64,000 bases of DNA from a virus (IMGVR_UViG_2926488731_000001:1766-65765); one strand, 5' to 3'; shown: positions 27,130 through 36,915, numbered from the stretch's first letter. The notes: a model not told the origin generated them from the sequence alone. Translations and numbers: made by a program.

Positions 27130-27317
27130 GTTAACGCCTCCTTTTTGGGTACATATGCCTTTATTTCGTAGTGCGTTTCCGGCATCTTACGTACTTTCAT
27201 CGCTGCCCTCGCTCGACCGTGCGAAGTATAAACGAGAAGCTTCCGTGGCTCATTTAGACTAAAGGTTTGCGCTTCTTTTCCCGTTTCTTTGCACACGATT
27301 ACGTAAATTTCGCTCAT
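27126..27317 (-). CDS. Hypothetical protein
   Basis: RBS AAGGGG; overlaps the next start. Confidence 0.65.
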   Translation of the reverse strand: MSEIYVIVCKETGKEAQTFSLNEPRKLLVYTSHGRARAAMKVRKMPETHYEIKAYVPKKEALT

Positions 27318-27335
27318 GATTTCGTCCCCTTTCGC

Positions 27336-27364
27336 TTGACTTTCGTTTAATACGCTTGTATAAT
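27336..27364 (+). promoter_or_regulatory. Near-consensus sigA promoter
   Basis: TTGACT-17-TATAAT. Confidence 0.8.
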
Positions 27365-27398
27365 TGCCGTAAAATTACAACAGATTCGGGGTGTTTTT

Positions 27399-27773
27399 AT
27401 GTCACTAGATTGGATTTCCGCAGGGCCAGCCGCCTATATTTCGATCGATTCTTACCTTCGACTATACATTTCATCGGGCGCATGTACGGTTCTAAACGTC
27501 CCCGAAAATGGCGAATTTCGTTTGGTAGCCGGTTTTGATCACGCAAACAAACGTATCGTTTTAGCAAAGCCGGAAATTGTACGAGTACCTAACGTACAGC
27601 CGTTTAAGTTCGATAAACGACGTTACGGCCACGCGAAACGTATCGTAGCAAAGGCGGGCTTTGCTGAGGCGGATTTGCCGTTACGTTTCGCTTACGTCGG
27701 CATAGATTACGCCGAATATCCCGACGGAGCGTTCGCTTTTCAACTCGAAACGCACGAGGCGCCGGATAAATAA
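27399..27773 (+). CDS. Counter-oriented hypothetical protein (possible AbrB-like fold)
   Basis: Own promoter; RBS GGGGTG; YISIDSYLRLYIS pattern. Confidence 0.75.
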   Translation: MSLDWISAGPAAYISIDSYLRLYISSGACTVLNVPENGEFRLVAGFDHANKRIVLAKPEIVRVPNVQPFKFDKRRYGHAKRIVAKAGFAEADLPLRFAYVGIDYAEYPDGAFAFQLETHEAPDK

Positions 27774-29062
27774 GGCAATAGACGTTCGGCTATCGCTTCC
27801 ACTACGTTGACAGTCACGGCGTTTCCGGCCATTTTGTAGCGTTGAGTATCGGAAATGCCCGCGGCCTTTACGGCTTCGTGTGCCACGTCAGAAAAACCTT
27901 GCAGACGCCAGCATTCGAGTGGTGTAAGTTTTCGGATACGGAAATTTTGTATAACTGCATTTTGCTTTTGATTTCGATTAAGACCCCGCCAATCGCTGGC
28001 GGAAAGACAAAGTGCAATATCTCGTTCTTTACCGATTCCTTCTTTACGCGAATACTCAATAGCTATCTTCGGCTCTGTATTCCCTCCACCCATTGTCGTA
28101 AGAGTCGGACTGATGCCCGTAGTGCTGTATACACGCTTATTAGAGTCGTGGCCTTTTATGCCGATGTTCCCAACCATATGCGGCTCAATAACGCCGTGCC
28201 TATCCCGACTTGTTAACGTAGGCATCGGATCGCCACTCGGCTTTATTCTGCTTCCGTTTTGATTTTTCGATATAATTTCGGGAGAGTAAATCGCATTAAT
28301 GTCATGCTCTTCCCGTTCTTCTAACAAACGTAACTCCCTGTCACGTAATTGTGCAATCAGTTTCGACGTCTTTTCCTCGCTTAAGTAGTATTTTTCATCG
28401 ACTTCATTTTCGAGAACATCGAGAAGTCTCGTTGTGACTTCGTTCTCTGTAGGCCAATCGAAGTTAAATGTTTTCACACCTTCGTACGTACTTAATCTTC
28501 GCTTGCCCTTTGGCACTACGGTGGTTCCTTTGACATGTGCCCAAGGCTCACGGGCGACTAAATCATCTCGTACAGCAACAATAAATATCCGTTCTCTATT
28601 TTGCGGAACTCCGAAGTATTTCGAATTGAGCACGTTAAAATCGAACGTATATCCGAAATCATTTAGCGTTTGAACAATCGTATCTAACGTACGCCCCTTG
28701 TCGTGTCCGACAAGACCTTTTACATTTTCAATCCAAATAACTTTTGGACGCTTTTCTTTAGCAATCCTAGCAACATCAAAGAATAAAGTCCCGCGAGTAT
28801 CCTCGAACCCCCTTCGTTTTCCAGCTACACTGAACGCCTGACAAGGTATTCCCGCCACAATTAATTCATGATTAGGTATGTTTGATTCTTTTATCTTTGT
28901 TATGTCTCCGTATAAATGATTATCACTGTACAGAGTTGCATAAGCCTGCTTTGCAAACTTGTCAATTTCTGAAGCAAAGACGCACTCGCCACCTAGCTTA
29001 TCAAGCGCCTGTCGAAATCCTCCGATACCGGCAAATAATTCGATATACGTAAATTTACTCAT
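27740..29062 (-). CDS. DNA (cytosine-5)-methyltransferase, probably multispecific
   Basis: Motifs ELFAGIGG, GIPCQAFS, ENV, PQNRERIF, RLQGF, AGNAV; long variable region; ATG 29062 after AAGGAG. Confidence 0.95.
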   Translation of the reverse strand: MSKFTYIELFAGIGGFRQALDKLGGECVFASEIDKFAKQAYATLYSDNHLYGDITKIKESNIPNHELIVAGIPCQAFSVAGKRRGFEDTRGTLFFDVARIAKEKRPKVIWIENVKGLVGHDKGRTLDTIVQTLNDFGYTFDFNVLNSKYFGVPQNRERIFIVAVRDDLVAREPWAHVKGTTVVPKGKRRLSTYEGVKTFNFDWPTENEVTTRLLDVLENEVDEKYYLSEEKTSKLIAQLRDRELRLLEEREEHDINAIYSPEIISKNQNGSRIKPSGDPMPTLTSRDRHGVIEPHMVGNIGIKGHDSNKRVYSTTGISPTLTTMGGGNTEPKIAIEYSRKEGIGKERDIALCLSASDWRGLNRNQKQNAVIQNFRIRKLTPLECWRLQGFSDVAHEAVKAAGISDTQRYKMAGNAVTVNVVEAIAERLLPYLSGASCVSS

Positions 29063-29486
29063 TAGCAACACACTCCTTAAAAGGTTTTTTGACATACTGA
29101 TTACTTCCGGTGCTAAATATCCGAGCGTGTTCGCTTTTTGAATAGAGTTCGAGATTACTAATATCGTTGTTTCCTCTGTCTCGATCAACGTGGTGTATAT
29201 CATGATCAGGAGGGATTTCTCCGTTATACTTCTCCCAAACGTATCGATGCATTAACTGACGGTCTCCTGTAGTAGCTGCATAATAGCCGTTATTTCTAAG
29301 GGTGAATTTTATATCGTCGAGTGTTTGGTATGGTCGTTTATTTTTCGACCTTAAATCGTACCCACGTCGTTTAAAACCGCAGTAAACCGATTGTCGCGTT
29401 ATTCCGTACATCTTCCCAACCTCTGCTAACGAGTAGCCATCGCAGTAGACTTTGTACATCTCGCTATAAAGGTCGTTTTTAGTCAA
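29055..29486 (-). CDS. HNH endonuclease with N-terminal HTH
   Basis: HRYVWE...IHHVDRDRGNNDISNLEL..KSEH; TTG 29486 after GGAG. Confidence 0.88.
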   Translation of the reverse strand: MTKNDLYSEMYKVYCDGYSLAEVGKMYGITRQSVYCGFKRRGYDLRSKNKRPYQTLDDIKFTLRNNGYYAATTGDRQLMHRYVWEKYNGEIPPDHDIHHVDRDRGNNDISNLELYSKSEHARIFSTGSNQYVKKPFKECVANE

Positions 29487-29579
29487 TTTATCGTCTCCAT
29501 TTCGTTTAATTTTCCAGCAATCTACTAAACTACCTGACGCCTGCCTACGGTACAATTAAAAGACATATTCCGTAGGACG

Positions 29580-30419
29580 GTGTTTAACGTGTTTATTTCG
29601 CCAATGCTATTACGTAAATCCGAAGAGCCTTTCGATGACTCTCGCTATTTAACCGAATTAAAACTGGACGGCATCCGTTTTATATATTCGGTCGGGGAAG
29701 ACGGCAAAGTTCGAATGTATACTCGGCACAAAAACGAAGTTACCACGAGATTTCCCGAACTTAAAGCACTCAGCCTGCCGCCGGGTACCGTGCTTGATGG
29801 CGAGCTTATTGCAACTGATAACGAAGGCAAGCCGGACTTTGAGGCGGTCATGAGTCGTTTTATGTCACGCAAGTCAGTAACTCCGGTGAGTTACGTTGTG
29901 TTTGACGTCTTGCAGTACGAAGGCAAATTGACTATTCAGCTACCGTTGCTCGTGCGTAAGGAACTGCTAGCCGAAATAGTACCGACTGACACACCGTTGT
30001 TATCGAAAGTTCAATTCATCGAAGGCAACGGCTCGGCTTATTACGACGCCGTAAAAGAACAAGCCCTCGAAGGCATCGTGCTAAAACGTAAGGACTCGCG
30101 CTATGAAATCGGCAAACGCAGTGCCAATTGGCTGAAAGTCGTTAATTATCAGTTTGCTGACGTGCTCGTGACGGGCTGGCGCAAGGCCGAGTTCGGCTGG
30201 TCGTTGAAGTTTGCCGACTCAGGCGAATATGCTGGTGCGATGGAACTCGGCGTGCCCGCGGAAGCTAAACGTCGTGTGTATTCGTTGACCGTCGCTTATG
30301 AAACGAAAGACTTCGCGTACTTAGAACAGCCGTTTGCTGTACGAGTGAAATATCGAAATTTAACAAAGGCGGGCTTATTGCGTTTGCCTTCGTTCGTTAG
30401 CTGGGCTGACCCGCACTAG
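29580..30419 (+). CDS. ATP-dependent DNA ligase (LigD ligase-domain / SPbeta LigB-like)
   Basis: ELKLDGIR (KxDG), LDGE, FDVL, EGIVLK...Y..GKRS..WLK, LRLPSF. Confidence 0.92.
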   Translation: MFNVFISPMLLRKSEEPFDDSRYLTELKLDGIRFIYSVGEDGKVRMYTRHKNEVTTRFPELKALSLPPGTVLDGELIATDNEGKPDFEAVMSRFMSRKSVTPVSYVVFDVLQYEGKLTIQLPLLVRKELLAEIVPTDTPLLSKVQFIEGNGSAYYDAVKEQALEGIVLKRKDSRYEIGKRSANWLKVVNYQFADVLVTGWRKAEFGWSLKFADSGEYAGAMELGVPAEAKRRVYSLTVAYETKDFAYLEQPFAVRVKYRNLTKAGLLRLPSFVSWADPH

Positions 30420-31008
30420 CTAACATTAGTGCGCCCATAAATTCGTCAACTTGCGTCTTTAATTTGTCTAATGTGCCGTCGTTTATAATTTCGAAATCAA
30501 CATCGAAACTATCGACGTGGCTTTCCGTGTCGTGCTGTAAGTCAGCTTCGTCGAATTGGTCGCCTGCCAACTTAGCGCGTTCAAGACGGACTTCCTCCGG
30601 TGCGGACACACGAATGATTGAAAAGCCTTGCTCACGAAGCCATGCGTACTCATTCGGCTGGCGGCAATCGGTGACCAAAACGTTGATTTCTTCGTCACCG
30701 CGGCGTGTCATTATGTCGATGTGGCTATCTATTAACGCTGCTACCGAGTTAACCCAAACATTGGGGTCGTATTTGCGCATTAGTTGGCCGTACTCTTGCA
30801 ATAACCTACGAGGCTTTTGCTCGGCGTACATTATTTGCGGCAATGCGATGGTAAGCGTATTTTTTAAAGCGTCGCCGAAAGCAAATCGGTTAAATCCATA
30901 GTGTAAACCTAATATACGTGCCACTTCATCCTTGCCCGCACGGGCTTTTCCCGTAAGAGCTATTTTCGTTATGGTTATACGTTTATTGACGTTCACTTCG
31001 TGCCGCAT
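30397..31008 (-). CDS. dNMP / nucleoside monophosphate kinase-like P-loop protein
   Basis: GKARAGKD, FGDALK, RRLLQ.YG, TDCRQPNE, HDTES. Confidence 0.85.
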   Translation of the reverse strand: MRHEVNVNKRITITKIALTGKARAGKDEVARILGLHYGFNRFAFGDALKNTLTIALPQIMYAEQKPRRLLQEYGQLMRKYDPNVWVNSVAALIDSHIDIMTRRGDEEINVLVTDCRQPNEYAWLREQGFSIIRVSAPEEVRLERAKLAGDQFDEADLQHDTESHVDSFDVDFEIINDGTLDKLKTQVDEFMGALMLASAGQPS

Positions 31009-31616
31009 ACAAGCGCCTCCCCTAATTTTTCTACCATCAGTTTCGCAACATTTTCGAAGTCTAGCGTAATTTTAGTATCTACCTGCGCTACTTTAAACGC
31101 TAAGTCGGCCTTTTCGTCTTCAATAGTCTGTAACTTACGCTCGAGCTTTGCGACTCTGTCCGTCAGATTTGCGATTACGTCGTGAACATCGCGAGGGCTG
31201 GTTGTATTGGATTTTGCGGGAATTTCAAGTACATAGTAGCCTTTAGTGTAAAGATGAGGGTATGAACCGTCAGTAACAAGTATACGGTCACCTATATCAG
31301 CCTTACGTTTGACGAGCCGATAAATAATACCGTCGATACGGACGTTCCCAGTCGGCTCAAGAACTGCGTAGTCCTCGTATTCCTTATTAATAAATGTGTA
31401 ACCAACGTCGTCAATGTTTTTCTTTACTCGAATAGAGCCGTCGTGACAACTAGTTTTTGTACACGTTAAAATGTCGCCAACCTTCGCGTACTCGCCATAT
31501 CCGACATGCTCGTATTTAGTCAGTACAACCAACTCGCCAATATTTGCGTCTCGCTCAACTGCGTTATATTCTCGCTCAACGCCGCCTAGCGATTCATCAG
31601 CCACATAATACTTCAC
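30993..31616 (-). CDS. Hypothetical protein (KOW/SH3-like modules plus coiled coil)
   Basis: VERDANIGE.. and VKRKADIGDRI repeats. Confidence 0.7.
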   Translation of the reverse strand: MKYYVADESLGGVEREYNAVERDANIGELVVLTKYEHVGYGEYAKVGDILTCTKTSCHDGSIRVKKNIDDVGYTFINKEYEDYAVLEPTGNVRIDGIIYRLVKRKADIGDRILVTDGSYPHLYTKGYYVLEIPAKSNTTSPRDVHDVIANLTDRVAKLERKLQTIEDEKADLAFKVAQVDTKITLDFENVAKLMVEKLGEALVCGTK

Positions 31617-31649
31617 ACTACCGTCCCCTTTACGATTTATTTTCGTACC

Positions 31650-31859
31650 TTAGTCATCGCTACCCTCATCCCACACGACCTCGTAACCTAAGTGCTCCAA
31701 CACAGCTTCCAATGCATCTTCGGGCGATTCGTCACTAAGGTCAACACCTTCGACTCGCTCATCATTAATGTATAAATCCGCCCCGAAGTCGAAGCAGCAT
31801 CCATCTCCGCAATTGTGATACCAATCTTCCCGAGTAAGTACTAGTTTAGGTTTTTCCAT
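31650..31859 (-). CDS. Hypothetical acidic protein
   Basis: CGDGCC motif; RBS GGAGG. Confidence 0.7.
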   Translation of the reverse strand: MEKPKLVLTREDWYHNCGDGCCFDFGADLYINDERVEGVDLSDESPEDALEAVLEHLGYEVVWDEGSDD

Positions 31860-32387
31860 CTAAACGCCCTCCTTCATTCGTATGCTTACCGCCTGCCTGC
31901 CGAACTGTTTCGCAGTGTCTTCGTTTTCCACAAGAACGTCAATTATTCGTCCTTTGATTAGCCCACCGATATCTTGTGCGGTCGCCTTAAATTGCGTGCC
32001 GTTGGCCAACTGTACTTCTAATGTCGAGCCTAACGGAATTATTCTCGGGTCAACTGCGACTATACGCTTGTCTTCGTAATATTCCGTGTCCTTAACGTTG
32101 ATGCCCGTCTTGGTGATGCCGATACAGCCCATACAGTCGGCCGTATATGCCGTTGCTTCAAACGGATACCAACCGGCGTTTTCAATTTCGGCCTGTAGTA
32201 AAGCGATTTCAGCCTGTAATTGCTCGTTTTCTAAACGTAAAGCCTCGATCTCTCGCTTTCGTTCCTCCGCCTGCTGACGCCAAATTTGTGCGTTAGGAGC
32301 GACCGACCGGGCTAGTTCGGCAGCTTCTATGGAAGGCGGTGCCGAAAGTAGTTGCACCGCCAATGTTACCGACGTAATTATTCCGAT
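31860..32387 (-). CDS. 3D-domain (MltA-like) cell-wall protein with signal anchor and coiled coil
   Basis: FEATAYT..C.GC.GITKTG, VAVDPRIIPLGS, AQDIGGLIKGRIIDV; likely ATC start at 32387 (ORF track starts at 32363). Confidence 0.88.
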   Translation of the reverse strand: MGIITSVTLAVQLLSAPPSIEAAELARSVAPNAQIWRQQAEERKREIEALRLENEQLQAEIALLQAEIENAGWYPFEATAYTADCMGCIGITKTGINVKDTEYYEDKRIVAVDPRIIPLGSTLEVQLANGTQFKATAQDIGGLIKGRIIDVLVENEDTAKQFGRQAVSIRMKEGV

Positions 32388-32689
32388 AAGTCGCCACCTG
32401 CTCCCACTTCGAGCCAGTCAAGCCACTCTTCTAATACCTTTTCGAGTGTCGCTAATTCCTCGACTGATACCGGCTTGCTTGAGTAACGGACAATCTCATT
32501 AGTTACGTGTAATTTTCGATCTTCCGAGAAAAATACAACTGGAATCCAGTAACGATCTAGTGACAATAGACTACCGTCTCCTCGAACTGTATATTTAGCC
32601 GGCGCTTTTAAGCCTGTAGCTCCAATCCTGAGCGTTAGTTCCCGTTGTGCTCTACGCCACAACTTCCGTTCGATTTCATTAAAATTCAT
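32378..32689 (-). CDS. Hypothetical protein
   Basis: Overlaps the upstream stop; RBS. Confidence 0.6.
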   Translation of the reverse strand: MNFNEIERKLWRRAQRELTLRIGATGLKAPAKYTVRGDGSLLSLDRYWIPVVFFSEDRKLHVTNEIVRYSSKPVSVEELATLEKVLEEWLDWLEVGAGGDLSE

Positions 32690-33327
32690 TCGACCTCGTA
32701 TCCTTCCTTTTCGCTTGTTCCTGCTTGGCGGGCGTGATTCTCCGCATTCTTTTCCGTATATTGAGTATAAATCTTTTCAGGCGTCAGACCAACAACGCGC
32801 GACAACGATAAGAGAAAGTGCCACAAGTCAATTACCTCGCCTTGAAGCGCAGGAAGGTCGACTTCTTTCGGATTCTTCCACCACTTCCAGTTTACTTCGC
32901 GCCGAATTTCATCGATTTCGCTTTCCATGGCGATCGTTAGTCCGGCTACCCACTCGTCAAGTGTCTTATCGATGTCGCGTTCGTCAATAATACGTTCGTC
33001 CAACGTGGCTTGTAAGGCAAATAACGTTTCGAGTTTACGGACAGATCGGATATGCCCTTCGACATTGTCGCCCAACTTTTCATACGTTTTGTGGAAAATT
33101 TCGGGCTTACAAGGGTAGAACTCGCCCTCTACGCCTTTTATGATGTAATCGCCTTCGTTCGCCACCATTACGCCTTCTAGCGTCTCTATTTCTACGAAAG
33201 GTACCGGATATCCACGGAGCACTTGGATTTGTTTTTTCATGAAATCGGCTAATTCACGAATCCTTTCGGGCGTGTCTTCGAACTTTATCGCTTCGACAAC
33301 AACCGGCTTTTTAAGATACATAACCAT
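32686..33327 (-). CDS. dut: Dimeric all-alpha dUTPase fused to an N-terminal PGDYG-like domain
   Basis: C-terminus ESEIDEI..EVNWKWWK, EVIDLWHF, KNAENHARQ; N-terminus KKPVVVEA...TLEG...GDYIIKG..GEFYPCKP. Confidence 0.85.
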   Translation of the reverse strand: MVMYLKKPVVVEAIKFEDTPERIRELADFMKKQIQVLRGYPVPFVEIETLEGVMVANEGDYIIKGVEGEFYPCKPEIFHKTYEKLGDNVEGHIRSVRKLETLFALQATLDERIIDERDIDKTLDEWVAGLTIAMESEIDEIRREVNWKWWKNPKEVDLPALQGEVIDLWHFLLSLSRVVGLTPEKIYTQYTEKNAENHARQAGTSEKEGYEVE

Positions 33328-34100
33328 CAAACATACCCCTTTTCGAATAATTGTTCCGCCCAAGGCTCGACCCCAACGACGGCACTTTTTAAACGCTCCG
33401 CTAACACAGTAATTTCGTGCTGCGCGCCCATCCCTTTACGTCGTTTTGAATAAAAGTCGAGCAAAGAACGTAAATTTGCGGTCAAGACGAGATTGCACGC
33501 TGCAGCATTCGGTAATACTGCGCGCGCATCTTCGGGCGGTATGCCAATTTCACGTAAGACGTCGTAATGTTCTTGTGCGTCTCGCATCGCTGTTTCAAAA
33601 AACGCTTTTCCGGCTGGCTTTTCTTTTATGCTTTCAGGCAAGACGTAATCGAAACCGCCCGTCTTATCCGAAGTGCCCATCCGAACGTACCTTTGCGACT
33701 GGACACTAAAACTAAAGCCAACACGATGTCGTGTTAATTGCGCCAGTAGTGCGCGACTAACACCTTCGATTGCGAAAGTAAACGTTAGATGTTCAAGTGT
33801 TGACGTATGGCCTGACGCAACAATCAACCGAATCAGTCGATCAGTTTCCGTTCCTGCCTTACCGTCAGTTGCTTTAGAGCCGAAATAACGTTCGCCTTCC
33901 TTGGCGACAATCTCGCTCGGCTTGTTCGGACTGTAGCACGATCGGATTGCCGTGAGCGCTGCGGCCTGACCGGACGTGTATTCGGCCATACTTTCGAGCA
34001 GATCACTTGGAATAGCGTCATCTTTGAATAGCTGCTCGATAAATTCCATGCTTAGTTGCGTATGCGCTAAAAGACACACGCCCATTTGAGTTTCCGCCAT
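33327..34100 (-). CDS. thyX: FAD-dependent thymidylate synthase
   Basis: GHTSTLEH, RHRxxxSFSVQSQRY, EDARAVLP, AQHEI. Confidence 0.96.
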   Translation of the reverse strand: MAETQMGVCLLAHTQLSMEFIEQLFKDDAIPSDLLESMAEYTSGQAAALTAIRSCYSPNKPSEIVAKEGERYFGSKATDGKAGTETDRLIRLIVASGHTSTLEHLTFTFAIEGVSRALLAQLTRHRVGFSFSVQSQRYVRMGTSDKTGGFDYVLPESIKEKPAGKAFFETAMRDAQEHYDVLREIGIPPEDARAVLPNAAACNLVLTANLRSLLDFYSKRRKGMGAQHEITVLAERLKSAVVGVEPWAEQLFEKGYV

Positions 34101-34339
34101 CAAACGCCCTCACTTTCGTCGATAATTTCATGAGAGAAACCTTCTCCGTCCCGACCTGCTTGATAAGCCAAACGCATTAAATCGACAATGTTGTAACAGT
34201 CGTTGAAATCTCTCATTAACAAACGATCTTCAGGTTCTCCGTCAAACACGTTGAATAGAGTTTTTCCGTTAACTTGAATCGTAAGTGCTTCCCGCATCTC
34301 ATCCTCGTCAATCGTGTTATGAATCTCGATTACTTCCAT
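34100..34339 (-). CDS. Hypothetical protein
   Basis: DGEPED..L.RD motif; RBS GGAGG. Confidence 0.65.
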   Translation of the reverse strand: MEVIEIHNTIDEDEMREALTIQVNGKTLFNVFDGEPEDRLLMRDFNDCYNIVDLMRLAYQAGRDGEGFSHEIIDESEGV

Positions 34340-34343
34340 TGAT

Positions 34344-34661
34344 TTAACCTCCGGTTTTTATAATTTCATATAATTTCCCTCTTTGCCCAATGATCTTATA
34401 TCCCTGATCTCGTACCTCATTAATGTCCGTGATTATTGCATCATAGGTTATGATCGGCCCCTGTGCTATTCCACCGATTCCCAATAGCGAAATAATTAAT
34501 AGCACTACGATTGCAAGCACAGCAGGAAAATCAAAACTAAACCATTCTAAAGTATCTTTGATAAAACATATCATACAAAAAATCGATAGAAGTGTAAGGA
34601 TAATTATGGCCACATAATAGAACCAATCAACGTTCTTAGCTACGATTTCCACGCGAATCAC
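34344..34661 (-). CDS. Membrane protein
   Basis: Two TM segments. Confidence 0.6.
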   Translation of the reverse strand: MIRVEIVAKNVDWFYYVAIIILTLLSIFCMICFIKDTLEWFSFDFPAVLAIVVLLIISLLGIGGIAQGPIITYDAIITDINEVRDQGYKIIGQRGKLYEIIKTGG

Positions 34662-34969
34662 TCCCTATTGCGAAAAAGCATAACGATATTAATAAGAGAT
34701 TAAGGCTTATCGCCAACGGAGTAGGCTCATAAACACCGGCAACGTGGAAAATAAAATACAATAAGTACCCAATCGCAACTACATATGCCATCATATCTTG
34801 GACTCCCTCACATTGCCTTTTGCGTCATAATAAAAACCATTACGTCTTGCCAGCGCTTCGACTTCGGCGTAGTCCGGTTCACTCGCAGAAGCAACGATTT
34901 CAAGCAGCCGTTTCACGTCTCGTTTAATTCGCTGATTTCGAATTTTTAAAGGTCGCATAAATACCCCTC

Positions 34970-36010
34970 CTAAAGTTCATCAAATCCGTTCAAGTCGCTA
35001 GTTTTCGTGTACTGGCGGCTTTTTTGTTCGAAAAAGTCCGTTTTGTTGCCGTCGAAATTATCCACATACGCTTCAATCCACGGCATAGTATTTTTGGTAT
35101 GTTCCGGGTAAATTTCGCTTAGTCCCATAAGGCGAAGCATTTTATTAGCGCGGTACTTAACGTAGCCTTCCATCTCGACTAGGTCAATGCCGTCAATGCC
35201 CGCGAGTATATAGCGTGACCATTCCGACTCTAGTTCGACCGATACTCGAAACTGTTCGTATACCCAATCCGCAAAACCTTCCGTGTTTAAGTGCGGATTT
35301 TCGGCTAAGGTTGCGCGGAATAGCTCGCTTATGAAACGTCCGTGTTGTAGTTCCTCTCGATTGATATAACTAATCATCGTCGATGTCCCGACCATAAGCT
35401 GCTGTCGGGCGAGGTTGTAAAAGAACGCGAATCCACTGTAGAAAAACAGCCCTTCAAGCAAAGCTGTATAAACTATCGTTTTCAAAACGTTTTCTATCGT
35501 TGGCTTTTCGACAAATGTATTATAAACGTCCATAATTCGTTGATTCCGTTTCAATAGCACGAGGTCTTTCCGTCCTGTTTCAAAGGACTCGTTTTGTTCT
35601 GCCAAAGAAACAACCGACGAAAGTACATACGCATAGCTGTGATTATGCTCGCTTTCTTGGTCGGCAATAGTCGCCATAATCGACTGTACCGACGGGTCAG
35701 TAGCATATTGGCTGATTGCGTGTGCGATTCGAGTCTGCGGTCCGTCGAGTGTCGCCAACAAGCCGATGATCTTTAAAAAAGCGTTTTTGGTTCGTTCGGG
35801 CAATTCGGGAAACTGTTTGACGTCCTGTGTCATATCGACTTCGCTCGCCCGCCAAAATAGTGCGCGAATTTGCTCGCGGTGCTTATAGAAATGCGGATAC
35901 GCAATGTCGTTCCAGTTAAGGATGCCCGACGCTTTGCCGCCGAATAGTTTAGTAGATTTATTCGGATTGGTCGGATTTAATACGTGTGCTTTTCTTAAGA
36001 TTTCCGCCAT
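34970..36010 (-). CDS. nrdB: Ribonucleotide reductase class I beta subunit
   Basis: FWRASE, LDGPQ, ESEHNHSY, EGLFFYSGF, REELQH, KTDFFE...Y. Confidence 0.95.
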   Translation of the reverse strand: MAEILRKAHVLNPTNPNKSTKLFGGKASGILNWNDIAYPHFYKHREQIRALFWRASEVDMTQDVKQFPELPERTKNAFLKIIGLLATLDGPQTRIAHAISQYATDPSVQSIMATIADQESEHNHSYAYVLSSVVSLAEQNESFETGRKDLVLLKRNQRIMDVYNTFVEKPTIENVLKTIVYTALLEGLFFYSGFAFFYNLARQQLMVGTSTMISYINREELQHGRFISELFRATLAENPHLNTEGFADWVYEQFRVSVELESEWSRYILAGIDGIDLVEMEGYVKYRANKMLRLMGLSEIYPEHTKNTMPWIEAYVDNFDGNKTDFFEQKSRQYTKTSDLNGFDEL

Positions 36011-36025
36011 TGAATCGTCCTTTCT

Positions 36026-36517
36026 TTACATGTTCTCTACAAATTCTACACCTAGAAACTTACAAAGCTCTTCTTTAAAAGTATTTCCTGACCATTTGTC
36101 TTCCCCAAACGTTCCATTTAAAAGCCTGTTCTCTAATTCTTCTAGAATGACCTCTTCAGGAAACCACTGATCTTCAAGGCCGTAACAGGAGCAATGGCTC
36201 CCATTCACTTCGAATAATTTCCCTTCCTTTTCAAATAAAACCCAAGCATCACCCGTGTAATTATCTTGACCATAGGAAGCAAATAAAATGTTCACTTCGC
36301 GGTATTTTTCGATTGCTCTCCTCATTTTATCCTTGTTCTTTAACCAATAAGATTCGTTTGGATGCGGGGATTCAGTAGCTTCGTATTCTGCTTTAGTCAT
36401 ATAAATACATTCAAAGTCTCCAATAACATCAATTTTATGTGTCCATTCGTTTATAAAAACGGGTTCTTGGTTAATAATCTCTTCTAGGGATTTAATGATA
36501 GACTCCTCCTTACCCAT
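36026..36517 (-). CDS. Hypothetical protein inserted in the RNR cluster
   Basis: ILFASY...GDAWVLF...EVNGSHCSCYGLEDQW. Confidence 0.75.
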   Translation of the reverse strand: MGKEESIIKSLEEIINQEPVFINEWTHKIDVIGDFECIYMTKAEYEATESPHPNESYWLKNKDKMRRAIEKYREVNILFASYGQDNYTGDAWVLFEKEGKLFEVNGSHCSCYGLEDQWFPEEVILEELENRLLNGTFGEDKWSGNTFKEELCKFLGVEFVENM

Positions 36518-36915
36518 TCTCGCACCTTTTCTTCTTGCGAACCTCGCGGACTCTGTTCGATCTTCAACGGCTCGGCAGGCGAATTATAAAAGCGCGCCAA
36601 CTTGACCGCAGCTTTACAGAAAAGGTCGTCGCCGCCGAATTGAGTATCACCCGTACCGAACACGTAAACAGGTTCGGGCTTGTATCCGATATCTGCCACG
36701 AAATCTTTTACCTCGTCGGGAGTAGCGCCTTTGCCCCAAGTGTACGAGCCAAGAAACAATACGTTGTAGTCGGAAGGGTCGGGCGGGCTTGCGCCGTCCC
36801 ATATCCGATAATAGTCAACGCTATGGCCTGCCTTCGTCAGTTCTACGCCTATTAAGTGCGCAACTTCTTCTGTATTACCCGATAGACTCGCATAAGCTAT
36901 GAAAACTTTGACCAT
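36484..36915 (-). CDS. Flavodoxin
   Basis: YASLSGNTEEVA, GSYTWGKG, FGTGDTQFG...FCKA. Confidence 0.92.
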   Translation of the reverse strand: MVKVFIAYASLSGNTEEVAHLIGVELTKAGHSVDYYRIWDGASPPDPSDYNVLFLGSYTWGKGATPDEVKDFVADIGYKPEPVYVFGTGDTQFGGDDLFCKAAVKLARFYNSPAEPLKIEQSPRGSQEEKVREWVRRSLSLNP

